From Anaerolineae bacterium (GTDB taxonomy: Bacteria; Chloroflexota; Anaerolineae; UBA1429): 56,517 nucleotides of DNA. The stretch covers positions 1-56,517 of the forward strand of contig DATKWG010000031.1 in NCBI GenBank assembly GCA_035529675.1, in the 5' to 3' direction. Positions 44,510-53,234 of this stretch are shown here, in pieces. Numbering within the stretch: the stretch's first letter is position 1; each line of letters begins with the position of its first letter. The notes below the pieces were generated by a model, which saw only the letters and a program-made list of their open reading frames with translations, was not told the DNA's origin and searched no databases. Both the position numbers and the translations under genes were made by a program.

Positions 44510-44537
44510 TTGAGCGCATCCTCTGGTGTGCTATAAT
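44510..44537 (+). promoter_or_regulatory. promoter of the ABC1 kinase gene (TTGAGC-16-TATAAT, TGC extended -10)
   Basis: TTGAGCgcatcctctggtgtgcTATAAT. It implies a leader of about 195 nt. Confidence 0.45.
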
Positions 44538-44736
44538 CGCTCCGAAGACGCAGATCGCTCCTCATGGGGTTGTGGGCAGGGCGCCTTTGCGCTTCGGCCA
44601 AGAGCACCACCTGGGCGGTGTGCCCAGAAGAGGCCATCTCGTCTGGCTGGTGCCCTGCAAGATACTTTGCCGCACGTGAGGCCGGCCATAGGGGAGGATC
44701 GTCCCCACAAGCCAGGCTGGCGACCAAAGGCAGTGA

Positions 44737-46434
44737 ATGGTGTGGTCAAGACTGTTTCTCAGAGGTCCGGCGGCAGACATAGCCAGAGCACGCCGCATTG
44801 CTGAGGTGCTCATTCGCAATGGCCTGGGTTTCTTGGCCGAGAGCACTGCGCTCACCCGCTTTGTGCCCCGTTGGCGAGCACGAACAGTGGCAGCGGATGC
44901 CCAGACTGCAGCCATGTCTGTTCCCGAAAGGGTTCGTCGCACGCTCGAAGAGCTCGGTCCCACGTACATCAAACTGGGGCAAATCCTCAGCACACGCCCG
45001 GACATTCTGCCGCCCCGGTTCATCGTTGAGTTGAGCAAGCTCTTGGATACGGCTCCCCCCGTTCCCGCAAGTGAGATCACCTCAGTCGTAGAGCAAGAGC
45101 TGGGTGGTTCCTTGGATCGCTGGTACGCCGACTTCTCGCCAACGCCCATTGCCTCGGCGTCGATAGGGCAGGTCCACAGAGCGACGCTGTTGGACGGGAC
45201 GGAGGTGGTCGTCAAAGTGCAACGTCCAGGTGTGGAACACACGATCCAGGCCGACTTGAACCTGCTGGCCGCTCAGGCTCGTTTCCTGGAGGGGCGATCG
45301 GCGACCCTTAGGTCCTATGGGCTTGTGGACATCGTGGAAGAGTTCTCACAGGCGCTGCTCAACGAGATCGACTATACCGCTGAGGGGCGCAATGCCGACG
45401 CCCTGCGTCGCGTGGTTGCCGGCGAAGGAGTGCTCGTGCCCGAGGTGTACTGGGACCTGACGACAGGGCGGGTGATAACCCTGGCCTACCTCAAAGGAAT
45501 CAAGCTCTCCCAGATCGACGAGCTCAAAGCCCAAGGCTACGACCTGGCCAGCATCGCTGAGCGCGTGGCCAAAGCCTACCTGCGGCAGGTGTTCGTTCAC
45601 GGCGTTTTTCACGCCGATCCTCATCCGGCCAACGTCCTCATCTGTGAGGGCAAAGTCGGGCTGGTCGATCTGGGAGCAGTAGGCTACCTTACCCCCCAGA
45701 TGAGGGGGGTCTTGGGCGACCTGCTGTTCGCGCTGGTCCAACAGGACGCCGACGAGATGGTGCAGATCATCATCCGGATGGGCGCGACTGGACCCGACGT
45801 TGACCGTGACGCCTTGCGGCGCGCCGTGCAACGGATGATCTCGCGCTACTATGGAGCCTCCCTGGAGAGTGTGCCCATCCCCCAGTTCCTCGACGACGTC
45901 ATGATCATCGCCTTCAAGCATCGCGTCCGGCTCCCGGCTGACCTGGCTCTCCTGGCGCGTACCGTGGTGGTGCTGGAAGGCGTGGCTTCCAGCCTGGATC
46001 CCTCTCTCCTTTTGACCGCCCTGGTTGAGCCCTTTGTGGTCCAGTTGATGAAGGAGCGTGTCTCCATCAAGCGCCGCCTTCTGGAGGGCGTCCAGACCTT
46101 GCGCCAACTCGAGGCTGTGCTACGCGTCCTGCCCCGACGTATAGACACGCTGACAGAACAACTGGAACGAGGCAAGCTGACCCTGGGAATGGACGTGCTT
46201 CACCTGCCCGATGCCCTGCGCAAGTTAGATGCCATGGCCAACAGACTCTCCTTCAGTGTGATCGTGGCCGGGATCATCGTGGGATCAGCGCTGGCCATGG
46301 TAGCAGGCAAGGAGGCGACCTTTCAATTGCCCTTCACCAACATCAGCCTGCCTATCCCGCAACTCGGTTTTGTGATGGCTGGCCTCTTGGGGACCTGGCT
46401 GCTGTTTTCGATCGTGCGCTCCAGGGGCCCATAG
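44737..46434 (+). CDS. ABC1/AarF/UbiB family atypical kinase
   Basis: LEELGPTYIKLGQILSTRPDILP..F..EL..L.D..PP...........E.G.........F...PIASASIGQVH.A.L.DG..VVVKVQRPG, and later HADPHP.N. Two C-terminal TM helices. Confidence 0.85.
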   Translation: MVWSRLFLRGPAADIARARRIAEVLIRNGLGFLAESTALTRFVPRWRARTVAADAQTAAMSVPERVRRTLEELGPTYIKLGQILSTRPDILPPRFIVELSKLLDTAPPVPASEITSVVEQELGGSLDRWYADFSPTPIASASIGQVHRATLLDGTEVVVKVQRPGVEHTIQADLNLLAAQARFLEGRSATLRSYGLVDIVEEFSQALLNEIDYTAEGRNADALRRVVAGEGVLVPEVYWDLTTGRVITLAYLKGIKLSQIDELKAQGYDLASIAERVAKAYLRQVFVHGVFHADPHPANVLICEGKVGLVDLGAVGYLTPQMRGVLGDLLFALVQQDADEMVQIIIRMGATGPDVDRDALRRAVQRMISRYYGASLESVPIPQFLDDVMIIAFKHRVRLPADLALLARTVVVLEGVASSLDPSLLLTALVEPFVVQLMKERVSIKRRLLEGVQTLRQLEAVLRVLPRRIDTLTEQLERGKLTLGMDVLHLPDALRKLDAMANRLSFSVIVAGIIVGSALAMVAGKEATFQLPFTNISLPIPQLGFVMAGLLGTWLLFSIVRSRGP

Positions 46435-46526
46435 GTGGCACCTGCTCCTTTCCGGGGCATGGTGAGATTCGCTCGAAGGGTTGCCAGGCGCTCGCCCAAG
46501 GCATCACTTGGAAGGAAGGGAAGTCG

Positions 46527-47627
46527 ATGAAGATCATGGTCACTGGCGGAGCCGGGTTCATCGGATCGCACGTCGTCGATGCGTGTCTCGGCGCGGGGCA
46601 CGATGTCTCGGTAGTTGACGATCTCTCCACTGGCAAGCGCCAGCATGTAGACACCAGGGCCAGGCTGTACGTGGCCGACATCTGCGATCAAGAAGCTCTG
46701 GAACGGGTATTCGCCCTCGAACAACCTGAAGCGATATGTCATCTGGCGGCCAAGGCCGACGTGCGTGAGTCCGTTGACCACCCAGTGCTCTATGCCCAGG
46801 TGAATATCATCGGTTCTCTGGTGCTTCTCGAGCTGGCTCGGAAGTACGGGTGCAGGAAAATGGTGTATGCTTCGACCGGCGGCGCAGTATACGGAGAACC
46901 CGAGTATCTTCCCGTGGATGAGGAACATCCCGCCAATCCGCTGGACCCTTATGGCGCCAGCAAGCATCACGTGGAGCACTATCTCGACATATACCGCGCT
47001 CTCTACGGCCTGGACTTTACCGTGCTTCGTTCCGCGAACACCTACGGCCCACGTCAAGACCCCTATGGTGAGGCGGGGGTTGTGGCCATCTTTGCAGCTC
47101 AGATGCTCACCGGTGCCGTGCCGGTGATCAACGGCTCCGGAGAGCAGGAGCGCGACTTTGTCTACGTGGCGGATATTGCTCGAGCCAACATCCTGGCCTT
47201 GACGCGCGGCAGCGGGGAGACTGTGAACCTGGGTTCGGGAGTGGGGACGTCCATCAACAGCATCTTCTGCCAGCTCAAGGAGATCACCGGCTGTGACTGC
47301 GAACAGGTGCACGGCCCAGCAAAACCGGGCGAGGTGTTCCGCACATACCTTGATGCCAGCAAGGCCAAAGCGGCCCTGGGTTGGCGGGCGGAAGTCTCGC
47401 TGCGAGAGGGACTGGAGAGGACGGTGGCCCACTTTCGGCGAGAGATGCAGATTCTCGGTGCCTTTGCGCCAGTCGAGAGGAGGTTCCCCCAGCCAGGCCC
47501 AGAGAACATTCGAGCGACTGGGGAGTCTCGTAGATGTGAGAGAGGAGGCGGCGATAGCCCTCGATTGACGTCCGGGCCGAATGATGGTACAATGACTGGT
47601 GCGAAAGACGGTGAACGGGAGGATTAG
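46527..47627 (+). CDS. NAD-dependent epimerase/dehydratase (GalE-like UDP-glucose 4-epimerase family)
   Basis: MKIMVTGGAGFIGSH, the YGASK catalytic motif and the full SDR-extended pattern to about aa 311. The last ~55 aa are a non-conserved tail that reads through the valS promoter and leader. Confidence 0.85.
   Translation: MKIMVTGGAGFIGSHVVDACLGAGHDVSVVDDLSTGKRQHVDTRARLYVADICDQEALERVFALEQPEAICHLAAKADVRESVDHPVLYAQVNIIGSLVLLELARKYGCRKMVYASTGGAVYGEPEYLPVDEEHPANPLDPYGASKHHVEHYLDIYRALYGLDFTVLRSANTYGPRQDPYGEAGVVAIFAAQMLTGAVPVINGSGEQERDFVYVADIARANILALTRGSGETVNLGSGVGTSINSIFCQLKEITGCDCEQVHGPAKPGEVFRTYLDASKAKAALGWRAEVSLREGLERTVAHFRREMQILGAFAPVERRFPQPGPENIRATGESRRCERGGGDSPRLTSGPNDGTMTGAKDGERED
47565..47593 (+). 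promoter_or_regulatory. promoter of the Val T-box leader (TTGACG-17-TACAAT)
   Basis: TTGACGtccgggccgaatgatggTACAAT, located inside the 3' end of the GalE-like ORF. Confidence 0.55.
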
Positions 47628-47861
47628 GCGATAGCGAGCTGAAAGAGAAGGGGGGTCACCGGCTGAAAGCCCCTCGCAGCGCACTTTGCCGAAGGTCGCC
47701 TGGGAGTCGATCGGTCGAAATCGCAGTAGGCCGATACGGGTGCGCCCGTTATGGCGCGACGAGAGCGGCTTGCACCTCGGATGGGGTGTGGGCCGAAGCG
47801 GAGTGGTACCGCGGAAGGCAGCTCCTTTCGTCTCCGAGTGACGGGAGGAGCTTTTCTGTTT
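47600..47861 (+). promoter_or_regulatory. T-box riboswitch leader, tRNA-Val specific (GUC specifier)
   Basis: AGAGAAGGGGGGTCACCGGCTGAAAGCCCC (stem I distal region). The specifier context is GAAG-GUC-G-CCTGGGAGT (GUC at 47695-47697). The T-box sequence is GAAGCGGAGTGGTACCGCGG (47795-47814), with a UGGU bulge. A 13-bp terminator follows. Confidence 0.8.
47820..47861 (+). terminator. intrinsic terminator of the Val T-box leader
   Basis: AGCTCCTTTCGTC-tccgagt-GACGGGAGGAGCT followed by TTTCTGTTT. Confidence 0.8.
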
Positions 47862-47949
47862 CCCGGGATGATCTCGAGGCTCGGCAAGGATGTGGGCTAT
47901 CCGCCTGGAGATGGCCGGTTGCGGGTGTGACCCACGGAGGAACGACATC

Positions 47950-50631
47950 ATGGGGAAGACTGCACCACTGCCCGATCAGATGAGCAAGACCTACAATGCG
48001 GGCGAGATAGAGCAGCCTCTCTACCGCTGGTGGGAGATCGAGGGCTACTTTAAGCCGAGAATAGATCCCTCGCGAAAACCGTTCGTCATCTCCATGCCCC
48101 CGCCCAACGTGACTGGCGCTCTCCACCTGGGGCACGCGATAGTCTCCTGCATCGAGGATGCCCTGATCCGCTACCACCGCATGACTGGCCGGCCCACCCT
48201 GTGGGTCCCAGGCACCGACCATGCAGGCATCGCCACCCAGAACGTGGTGGAGCGAGAGTTGGCCAAGGAAGGCCTCACCCGGCACCATCTGGGTCGCACC
48301 AAGTTCGTCGAGCGCGTGTGGGAGTGGAAGCGAGTGTTCCATCAGCGGATCACTGACCAGCACCGACGGCTTGGAGTCTCTTGCGACTGGGATCGCGAGC
48401 GCTTTACCATGGATGAGGATCTCTCCCGCGCCGTGCGAGAGGCCTTTGTCCGGCTCTATGAGAGGAACCTGATCTATCGCGGGGCCTACCTGGTGAACTG
48501 GTGTCCCCGGTGTGGCACGGCGATCTCAGACCTGGAGGTGGAACACGAGGAAGAGGACACCAGCCTCTGGCACGTTCGCTACTGGACCGAGGAGGGGGAC
48601 AGATACATCACCGTGGCCACCACGCGTCCCGAGACCATCCTGGGCGATACCGCCGTCGCGGTGAACCCCTCAGACCCTCGCTATGGCGACATGGTGGGAC
48701 GCAAGGTGCGCCTGCCGGTCATCAACCGGCTGATTCCGGTCATCGTCGATGAGGTGGTGGACTCGAGCTTCGGCACCGGTGCCGTCAAGGTCACGCCGGC
48801 CCACGATCCGGTGGACTATGAGATGGGGATCAGGCATGGTCTGCCGGTGATCAATGCCATGAACGATGACGCGACTATGAACCGAGAGGCTGGACCGTAT
48901 CAGGGGCAGGACCGCATCGAGTGTCGCCGCAACCTGGTGGCCGACCTGGAGGCTATGGGCGATCTGGTGAAGGTGGAGCCCTATCATCATTCGGTGGGCC
49001 ATTGTCAGCGTTGCCACACCATTGTGGAGCCGCGCATCTCAACTCAGTGGTTTGTGAGAACCAAGCCCCTGGCCCAACCGGCCCTCCAGGTAGTGCGCGA
49101 CGGGCGCATCCGCATCATCCCCGAACGCTTTACCAAGGTATACTACGAGTGGATGGAGAACATCCGCGATTGGTGCATCTCGCGTCAGCTCTGGTGGGGG
49201 CATCGCATCCCCGTCTGGTACTGCGATGGTTGTGGCGCCCAGACCTGTAGTCGCGTGGACCCGACCGAGTGCCCACACTGCGGCAGCCACGCGATCCATC
49301 AGGATGAGGACGTGCTCGATACCTGGTTCTCGTCGGGACTGTGGCCCTTCTCGACCCTTGGCTGGCCCGAGAAGACTGAGGACCTGGACTACTTTTACCC
49401 GACGTCGGTGCTGGAGACGGCCTACGACATTCTCTTCTTCTGGGTGGCCAGGATGATCATGTTGGGGCTGGATATGACCGGCGAAGTACCTTTCGACACC
49501 GTGTATCTACATGGTTTGGTTCGCGATGAAGAGGGCAGGAAAATCAGCAAGTCGTTGCCTGACGCCTGGCGCTACGATCCCTTGCTCGTGATCGAGGAAT
49601 ACGGGCAGGACGCCCTGCGCTTCACCCTGCTCACAGGTTCAACTCCGGGCAACGACATGAAGCTCTCTCAAAGCCGGATAGAGGCCAACCGCAACTTTGC
49701 CAACAAGATCTGGCAGGCCGCACGCTTCGTGCTGGGGAACCTGGACGGTCGAGCCCCAGAGTTCGTGCCGCCAGCAAAGCCCCTGGCCCCGGATGCCCAG
49801 GTGAACACAGCGGATCGCTGGATTCTGAGCCGCTATCACCGGCTGGTGGGCCAGGTGACCCGCCTGATCGATGGCTACCAGCTTGGAGAGGCTGGCCGTC
49901 AGGTCTACGAGTTTCTCTGGGGCGAATACTGCGACTGGTACATTGAGATGACCAAGGTGCGTCTCAGGGACCGGGACCAGGCTTCAGCAGACGCAGCACG
50001 CAGGGTGTTGGTCTATGTTCTGGAAGGGTGCTTGCGGCTGCTGCACCCCTACATGCCTTTCGCCACTGAAGCAATCTGGCAATACCTGCCCCATCGGGGC
50101 CAGGCTCTCATCGTGGCTCCATGGCCGCAGGGAGGGGCTGTGGATGATGCGGCCGAAGAACAGATTGGCACTCTCATGGAACTTGTGCGCACCATCCGCA
50201 ACGCACGGAGCGAGTATGGCGTTGAGCCGGGGCGTCGCATCGCCGCGATCATCGCTGCCGGCGAGAGGCTGCCTTTCCTCCAGGAGCAGGCGTCCATCCT
50301 GGAGGCACTGGCGCGCCTGGATGGCGGCCGGTTGCGCCTGGAGGAGAGCCTCGACAGCACGCCCGACAAGGCCCTTGCGCTGGTGGTCGGAGGACTGGAT
50401 TGCTACCTGCCTCTGGCTTCGCTGCTGGACTTGGACAGGGAGAGAGCCAGGGTGCGGACAGATCTCGAGCGCCTTGCCGCAGAGACCGCGCGCTCTGAGA
50501 AGCTCTTGGCCAACAGGGACTTTGTGGCCAAGGCTCCGCAAGTGGTGGTGGAAAGAGAGCGCGACAAGCTGGCCGGCTATCATGAGCGGCGAGAAAAACT
50601 GCAGGAGCAACTGCATAGTCTGAGCTCGTGA
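47950..50631 (+). CDS. valS: valine--tRNA ligase
   Basis: PPPNVTGALHLGH (HIGH), KISKS (KMSKS-type), the editing domain and a C-terminal coiled coil. The ATG at 47950 lies 9 nt after GGAGG. Confidence 0.95.
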   Translation: MGKTAPLPDQMSKTYNAGEIEQPLYRWWEIEGYFKPRIDPSRKPFVISMPPPNVTGALHLGHAIVSCIEDALIRYHRMTGRPTLWVPGTDHAGIATQNVVERELAKEGLTRHHLGRTKFVERVWEWKRVFHQRITDQHRRLGVSCDWDRERFTMDEDLSRAVREAFVRLYERNLIYRGAYLVNWCPRCGTAISDLEVEHEEEDTSLWHVRYWTEEGDRYITVATTRPETILGDTAVAVNPSDPRYGDMVGRKVRLPVINRLIPVIVDEVVDSSFGTGAVKVTPAHDPVDYEMGIRHGLPVINAMNDDATMNREAGPYQGQDRIECRRNLVADLEAMGDLVKVEPYHHSVGHCQRCHTIVEPRISTQWFVRTKPLAQPALQVVRDGRIRIIPERFTKVYYEWMENIRDWCISRQLWWGHRIPVWYCDGCGAQTCSRVDPTECPHCGSHAIHQDEDVLDTWFSSGLWPFSTLGWPEKTEDLDYFYPTSVLETAYDILFFWVARMIMLGLDMTGEVPFDTVYLHGLVRDEEGRKISKSLPDAWRYDPLLVIEEYGQDALRFTLLTGSTPGNDMKLSQSRIEANRNFANKIWQAARFVLGNLDGRAPEFVPPAKPLAPDAQVNTADRWILSRYHRLVGQVTRLIDGYQLGEAGRQVYEFLWGEYCDWYIEMTKVRLRDRDQASADAARRVLVYVLEGCLRLLHPYMPFATEAIWQYLPHRGQALIVAPWPQGGAVDDAAEEQIGTLMELVRTIRNARSEYGVEPGRRIAAIIAAGERLPFLQEQASILEALARLDGGRLRLEESLDSTPDKALALVVGGLDCYLPLASLLDLDRERARVRTDLERLAAETARSEKLLANRDFVAKAPQVVVERERDKLAGYHERREKLQEQLHSLSS

Positions 50632-50705
50632 ACCGCCAACCGGAGGTCTGGAGGATGGCAACCTGATGACTACGGATGATTGGGAAACAAGGAAGGAGCG
50701 GTCAA

Positions 50706-50882
50706 ATGAGATTCCTGTTTGGTGTTCTTGTGGGAGGCATTCTCGGTTGGGTGGTGGGCGTTCTCTTGGCGCCCCAATCGGGCCAGGAGACTCGAAGCAT
50801 GATCGGCGAGAAAGCCATCGAGCTGCGCCGGAAGGCAGGGCAAGCTGCGGGCCAGGTGAAGGACGAAGGGCAGGGATCATAG
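50706..50882 (+). CDS. YtxH domain-containing protein (58 aa)
   Basis: MRFLFGVLVGGILGWVVGVLLAPQSGQETR is the YtxH signature. The ATG lies 8 nt after GGAG. Confidence 0.7.
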   Translation: MRFLFGVLVGGILGWVVGVLLAPQSGQETRSMIGEKAIELRRKAGQAAGQVKDEGQGS

Positions 50883-51047
50883 AACCGGCAACGCTACGGG
50901 GACCGTCGCCGCCCCGAGAGATTCCAGCCTGGTGTGGGTGCCCAGGGGGCTTGCGTGAGAGAATCCTCGGGCCAGATGCAACCTGGCGAGACCCGACGGC
51001 CCGTCGAAACGCGCAGGACAGGGCTTGGAGCTTGCGGGCCGGCGTGC

Positions 51048-51090
51048 GAGAGTCAGAGCCACCGGTAGCATCCGGGTGGCTCTGACTCTC
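51048..51090. terminator. 16-bp perfect hairpin between convergent ytxH and the DUF4349 gene (no U-tract)
   Basis: GAGAGTCAGAGCCACC-11 nt-GGTGGCTCTGACTCTC. Confidence 0.45.
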
Positions 51091-51109
51091 AAGAGAAGGC
51101 GGAACCGGA

Positions 51110-52054
51110 CTATTGGCTCTTGGGAGTTGGAGCGGCTCCCCCGCGTCTCTTGCGCCGCGCGCGGCGTACCAGCAGCCAGATGATGACCGCCGGCACCAGC
51201 ACGAACGGCGAAAAGATGGCCAACCAGATGCCGACGTCAACGAACCCTTTCAGAACGTTCAGGAAGGATCGCGCCGCCTCGGTGACCGTGACCAGAGGGT
51301 TCCATCCCTTCTCGAGGACTGCCTTGGGGACCTCCTTGGGCCGGATGGACACGGTGATCGTGGCCAGGGCGGTCATGCGCTCCAGGTACTGACTGCGTCC
51401 CTTCAGTGACTCGATCTGTTGGCGAATGCCGGTCAATTCGCGGTGGACGGCCAGGATGTCTTCTGCCTTCCAGCGCATCTCGCGTGCTTCGGTGAGCAGG
51501 GCCAGGAGCTCTTCCTCCGCGGCCTCCAGATTGCCGAGCCGTGCCTGGATGTCGGTGTACTCTTCGGTCACGTCTTGGCCGGAGATGTTCTCGTTCTCCA
51601 CCTTGATGGCCATTCCCCGGATGACATCCAGCACCTCGTCCAGCGATTCGGCCGGCACCCGCAGGGTGACGTTGGCCATCGGCGTGTCGTCATCGACCAG
51701 CCACCTGTTCGAATCCGCGATATAGCCATCGTGAAGCTTGGCAAGAGCGTGGAGATCGTGCAGGGCCTCATCGGCGTCCTCGACGACCATCGACATGCTT
51801 ACGGTGCGAACGATCATCCGCTCCGTCTCGGCCGAGATCGCGCGGGCCTTCTCCTCGTCGGCGACGCCCCCATACCCGCCGCTGTCGGCTGCGGGGGCCG
51901 CCGCGGGCATAGCCACCTCCCTCTCGACAACCACACTCTCCACCGGAATCTCTTTCATTACGTCCGCGACTTTTGGTGCGCTGGCCGCGCAGCCCGCCAC
52001 GAGTGCATGCACAACCACCAGGGTGATCAAGGTAAACCACTGTTTCCTGTTCAT
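51110..52054 (-). CDS. DUF4349 domain-containing lipoprotein
   Basis: Signal peptide plus lipobox-like LVAGC, a central coiled-coil region (DVTEEYTDIQARL.NLEA.E..L..L) and a C-terminal TM helix with a basic tail. The ATG at 52054 follows AGGAGG. Confidence 0.8.
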   Translation of the reverse strand: MNRKQWFTLITLVVVHALVAGCAASAPKVADVMKEIPVESVVVEREVAMPAAAPAADSGGYGGVADEEKARAISAETERMIVRTVSMSMVVEDADEALHDLHALAKLHDGYIADSNRWLVDDDTPMANVTLRVPAESLDEVLDVIRGMAIKVENENISGQDVTEEYTDIQARLGNLEAAEEELLALLTEAREMRWKAEDILAVHRELTGIRQQIESLKGRSQYLERMTALATITVSIRPKEVPKAVLEKGWNPLVTVTEAARSFLNVLKGFVDVGIWLAIFSPFVLVPAVIIWLLVRRARRKRRGGAAPTPKSQ

Positions 52055-52134
52055 CTTACCTCCTATGGCCTTCTTGTTTTTCACCGGCTAGACGCTGACA
52101 GAGGGCGCAAAGTTCCGGGGCTTGGCCAATGTCT

Positions 52135-52863
52135 CTACCAGCCAAGGGCCAGGCGCATACGGTTGCTCCTCGGCAGGCCGACGGCACCTATCTTTTTCTG
52201 GGTCTCTGAGACCTCATAGCCGATTCGACGGTGCTCGAAGGTCATCACTTCCGTGTCGAGCAACAGATAGGACGCGCGTGGGTCGCCATCACGAGGTTGC
52301 CCCACCGCACCCGGGTTGATAATGCGGCGCGAGTTGTCCAGGCGGACCGGGACCCTGTCCCGTGCCCGCAGCGCGACGCATTGGCCGCCATCGGGGGCAA
52401 AGCGAAAGATGAGTGGAGCGTGGGTGTGGCCCACCAGGCACACGGCGGTATCATAGTAGGAGAAACTGAGCTTTGCCTCGTGAGCATTGAGCAGGTAATC
52501 CCAAACGGGATTGCGGGGACTGCCGTGCACCAAGGTGAACTCGCCCTCGACGCGAGTTTCAGGGAGTTCCTCGAGATAGCTCCTCGATGCGGGGGCTAGC
52601 TGCTCCCTCGTCCAAAGGTTAGACCGACGCGCATCGGGGTTGAACTCGGTCATCTCTATCTTCCCCAATACAGCCCAGTCGTGGTTGCCCGCGACGGCCA
52701 GATGCTCGTACTCGCTCAATCGGGCAATGCACTGGTTAGGCTCTGGGCCGTACCCCACGATGTCGCCAAGCGACCAGACGATGTCGAACTGGCCAGCATC
52801 GGCCAATACCGCGTTCAGTGCATCAAGATTGGCGTGGATATCAGAGAGCACCAAAACGCGCAT
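52135..52863 (-). CDS. metallophosphoesterase family protein (YfcE/MJ0936-like)
   Basis: MRVLVLSDIHAN...LGDIVGYG...AGNHD...GHTH... Confidence 0.85.
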   Translation of the reverse strand: MRVLVLSDIHANLDALNAVLADAGQFDIVWSLGDIVGYGPEPNQCIARLSEYEHLAVAGNHDWAVLGKIEMTEFNPDARRSNLWTREQLAPASRSYLEELPETRVEGEFTLVHGSPRNPVWDYLLNAHEAKLSFSYYDTAVCLVGHTHAPLIFRFAPDGGQCVALRARDRVPVRLDNSRRIINPGAVGQPRDGDPRASYLLLDTEVMTFEHRRIGYEVSETQKKIGAVGLPRSNRMRLALGW

Positions 52864-52893
52864 GGGCTCCTTCTCCCGCAGTGTCTCCAGGCG

Positions 52894-52923
52894 AGTCTAC
52901 CACATGGGGGGGGTGACGTGCAA
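52894..52923 (-). promoter_or_regulatory. promoter of the metallophosphoesterase gene (TTGCAC-18-TAGACT)
   Basis: The minus strand reads TTGCACgtcaccccccccatgtggTAGACT, 10 nt from repeat B2. Confidence 0.45.
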
Positions 52924-52933
52924 GTTTGCGTAT

Positions 52934-53110
52934 GAGAGTATCGAAACACCCGCTCCGAACGGGGCCGGAGGCGCATCGGCGGCGTGTCGCGTGGATACTC
53001 TGGCTTGCATGGTGTAAACGAGAAGAAAGGACGGATATGGGCCCTGGTGTAGGGGCGATTCGCGAATCGCCCCTACCGGATGACGGCCACCCTCTCGGCG
53101 TCTTTCAACG
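52934..53110 (+). repeat. MITE-like repeat family B, copy B2 (with an inverted family-A end at its left edge and a 28-bp perfect palindrome)
   Basis: GAGAGTATCGAAA (the inverted right end of family A), then GCTCCGAAC..CCGGAGGCGCATCGGCGGCGTG... The palindrome GTAGGGGCGATTCGCGAATCGCCCCTAC lies at 53049-53076. Confidence 0.75.
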
Positions 53111-53140
53111 CCCTCCGTGTGCGCGAGAAGCATCGACCGT

Positions 53141-53169
53141 TTGACTGCCATGCTCCCGCCGGCTAGAAT
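53141..53169 (+). promoter_or_regulatory. promoter of the PfkB kinase gene (TTGACT-17-TAGAAT)
   Basis: TTGACTgccatgctcccgccggcTAGAAT. Confidence 0.5.
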
Positions 53170-53234
53170 GTCCGCGTCGGCACTAGTCTAGGCAGCTCTG
53201 GGTTCGTCCATCAAGCTTGCCATGGGGTAGGATC

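Noticed and set aside
47694-47696. Reading the valS T-box specifier as GGU (Gly), by analogy with the GAA-NNN-R pattern.
   Set aside because: Alignment with the Trp leader on the shared 3' element CCTGGGAGT places GUC followed by a purine in the specifier position. The bulge base U fits tRNA-Val A73, and the downstream gene is valS.
46323-47951. A 542-aa ORF on the minus strand.
   Set aside because: It is antisense to the well-supported GalE-like gene and runs through the valS T-box leader. It has low-complexity, Arg/Pro/Gly-rich composition typical of shadow ORFs in high-GC DNA.
49984-51240. A 418-aa ORF on the minus strand.
   Set aside because: It is antisense to the valS 3' end and to ytxH and crosses an intergenic hairpin. 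No family similarity, so it is a shadow ORF.
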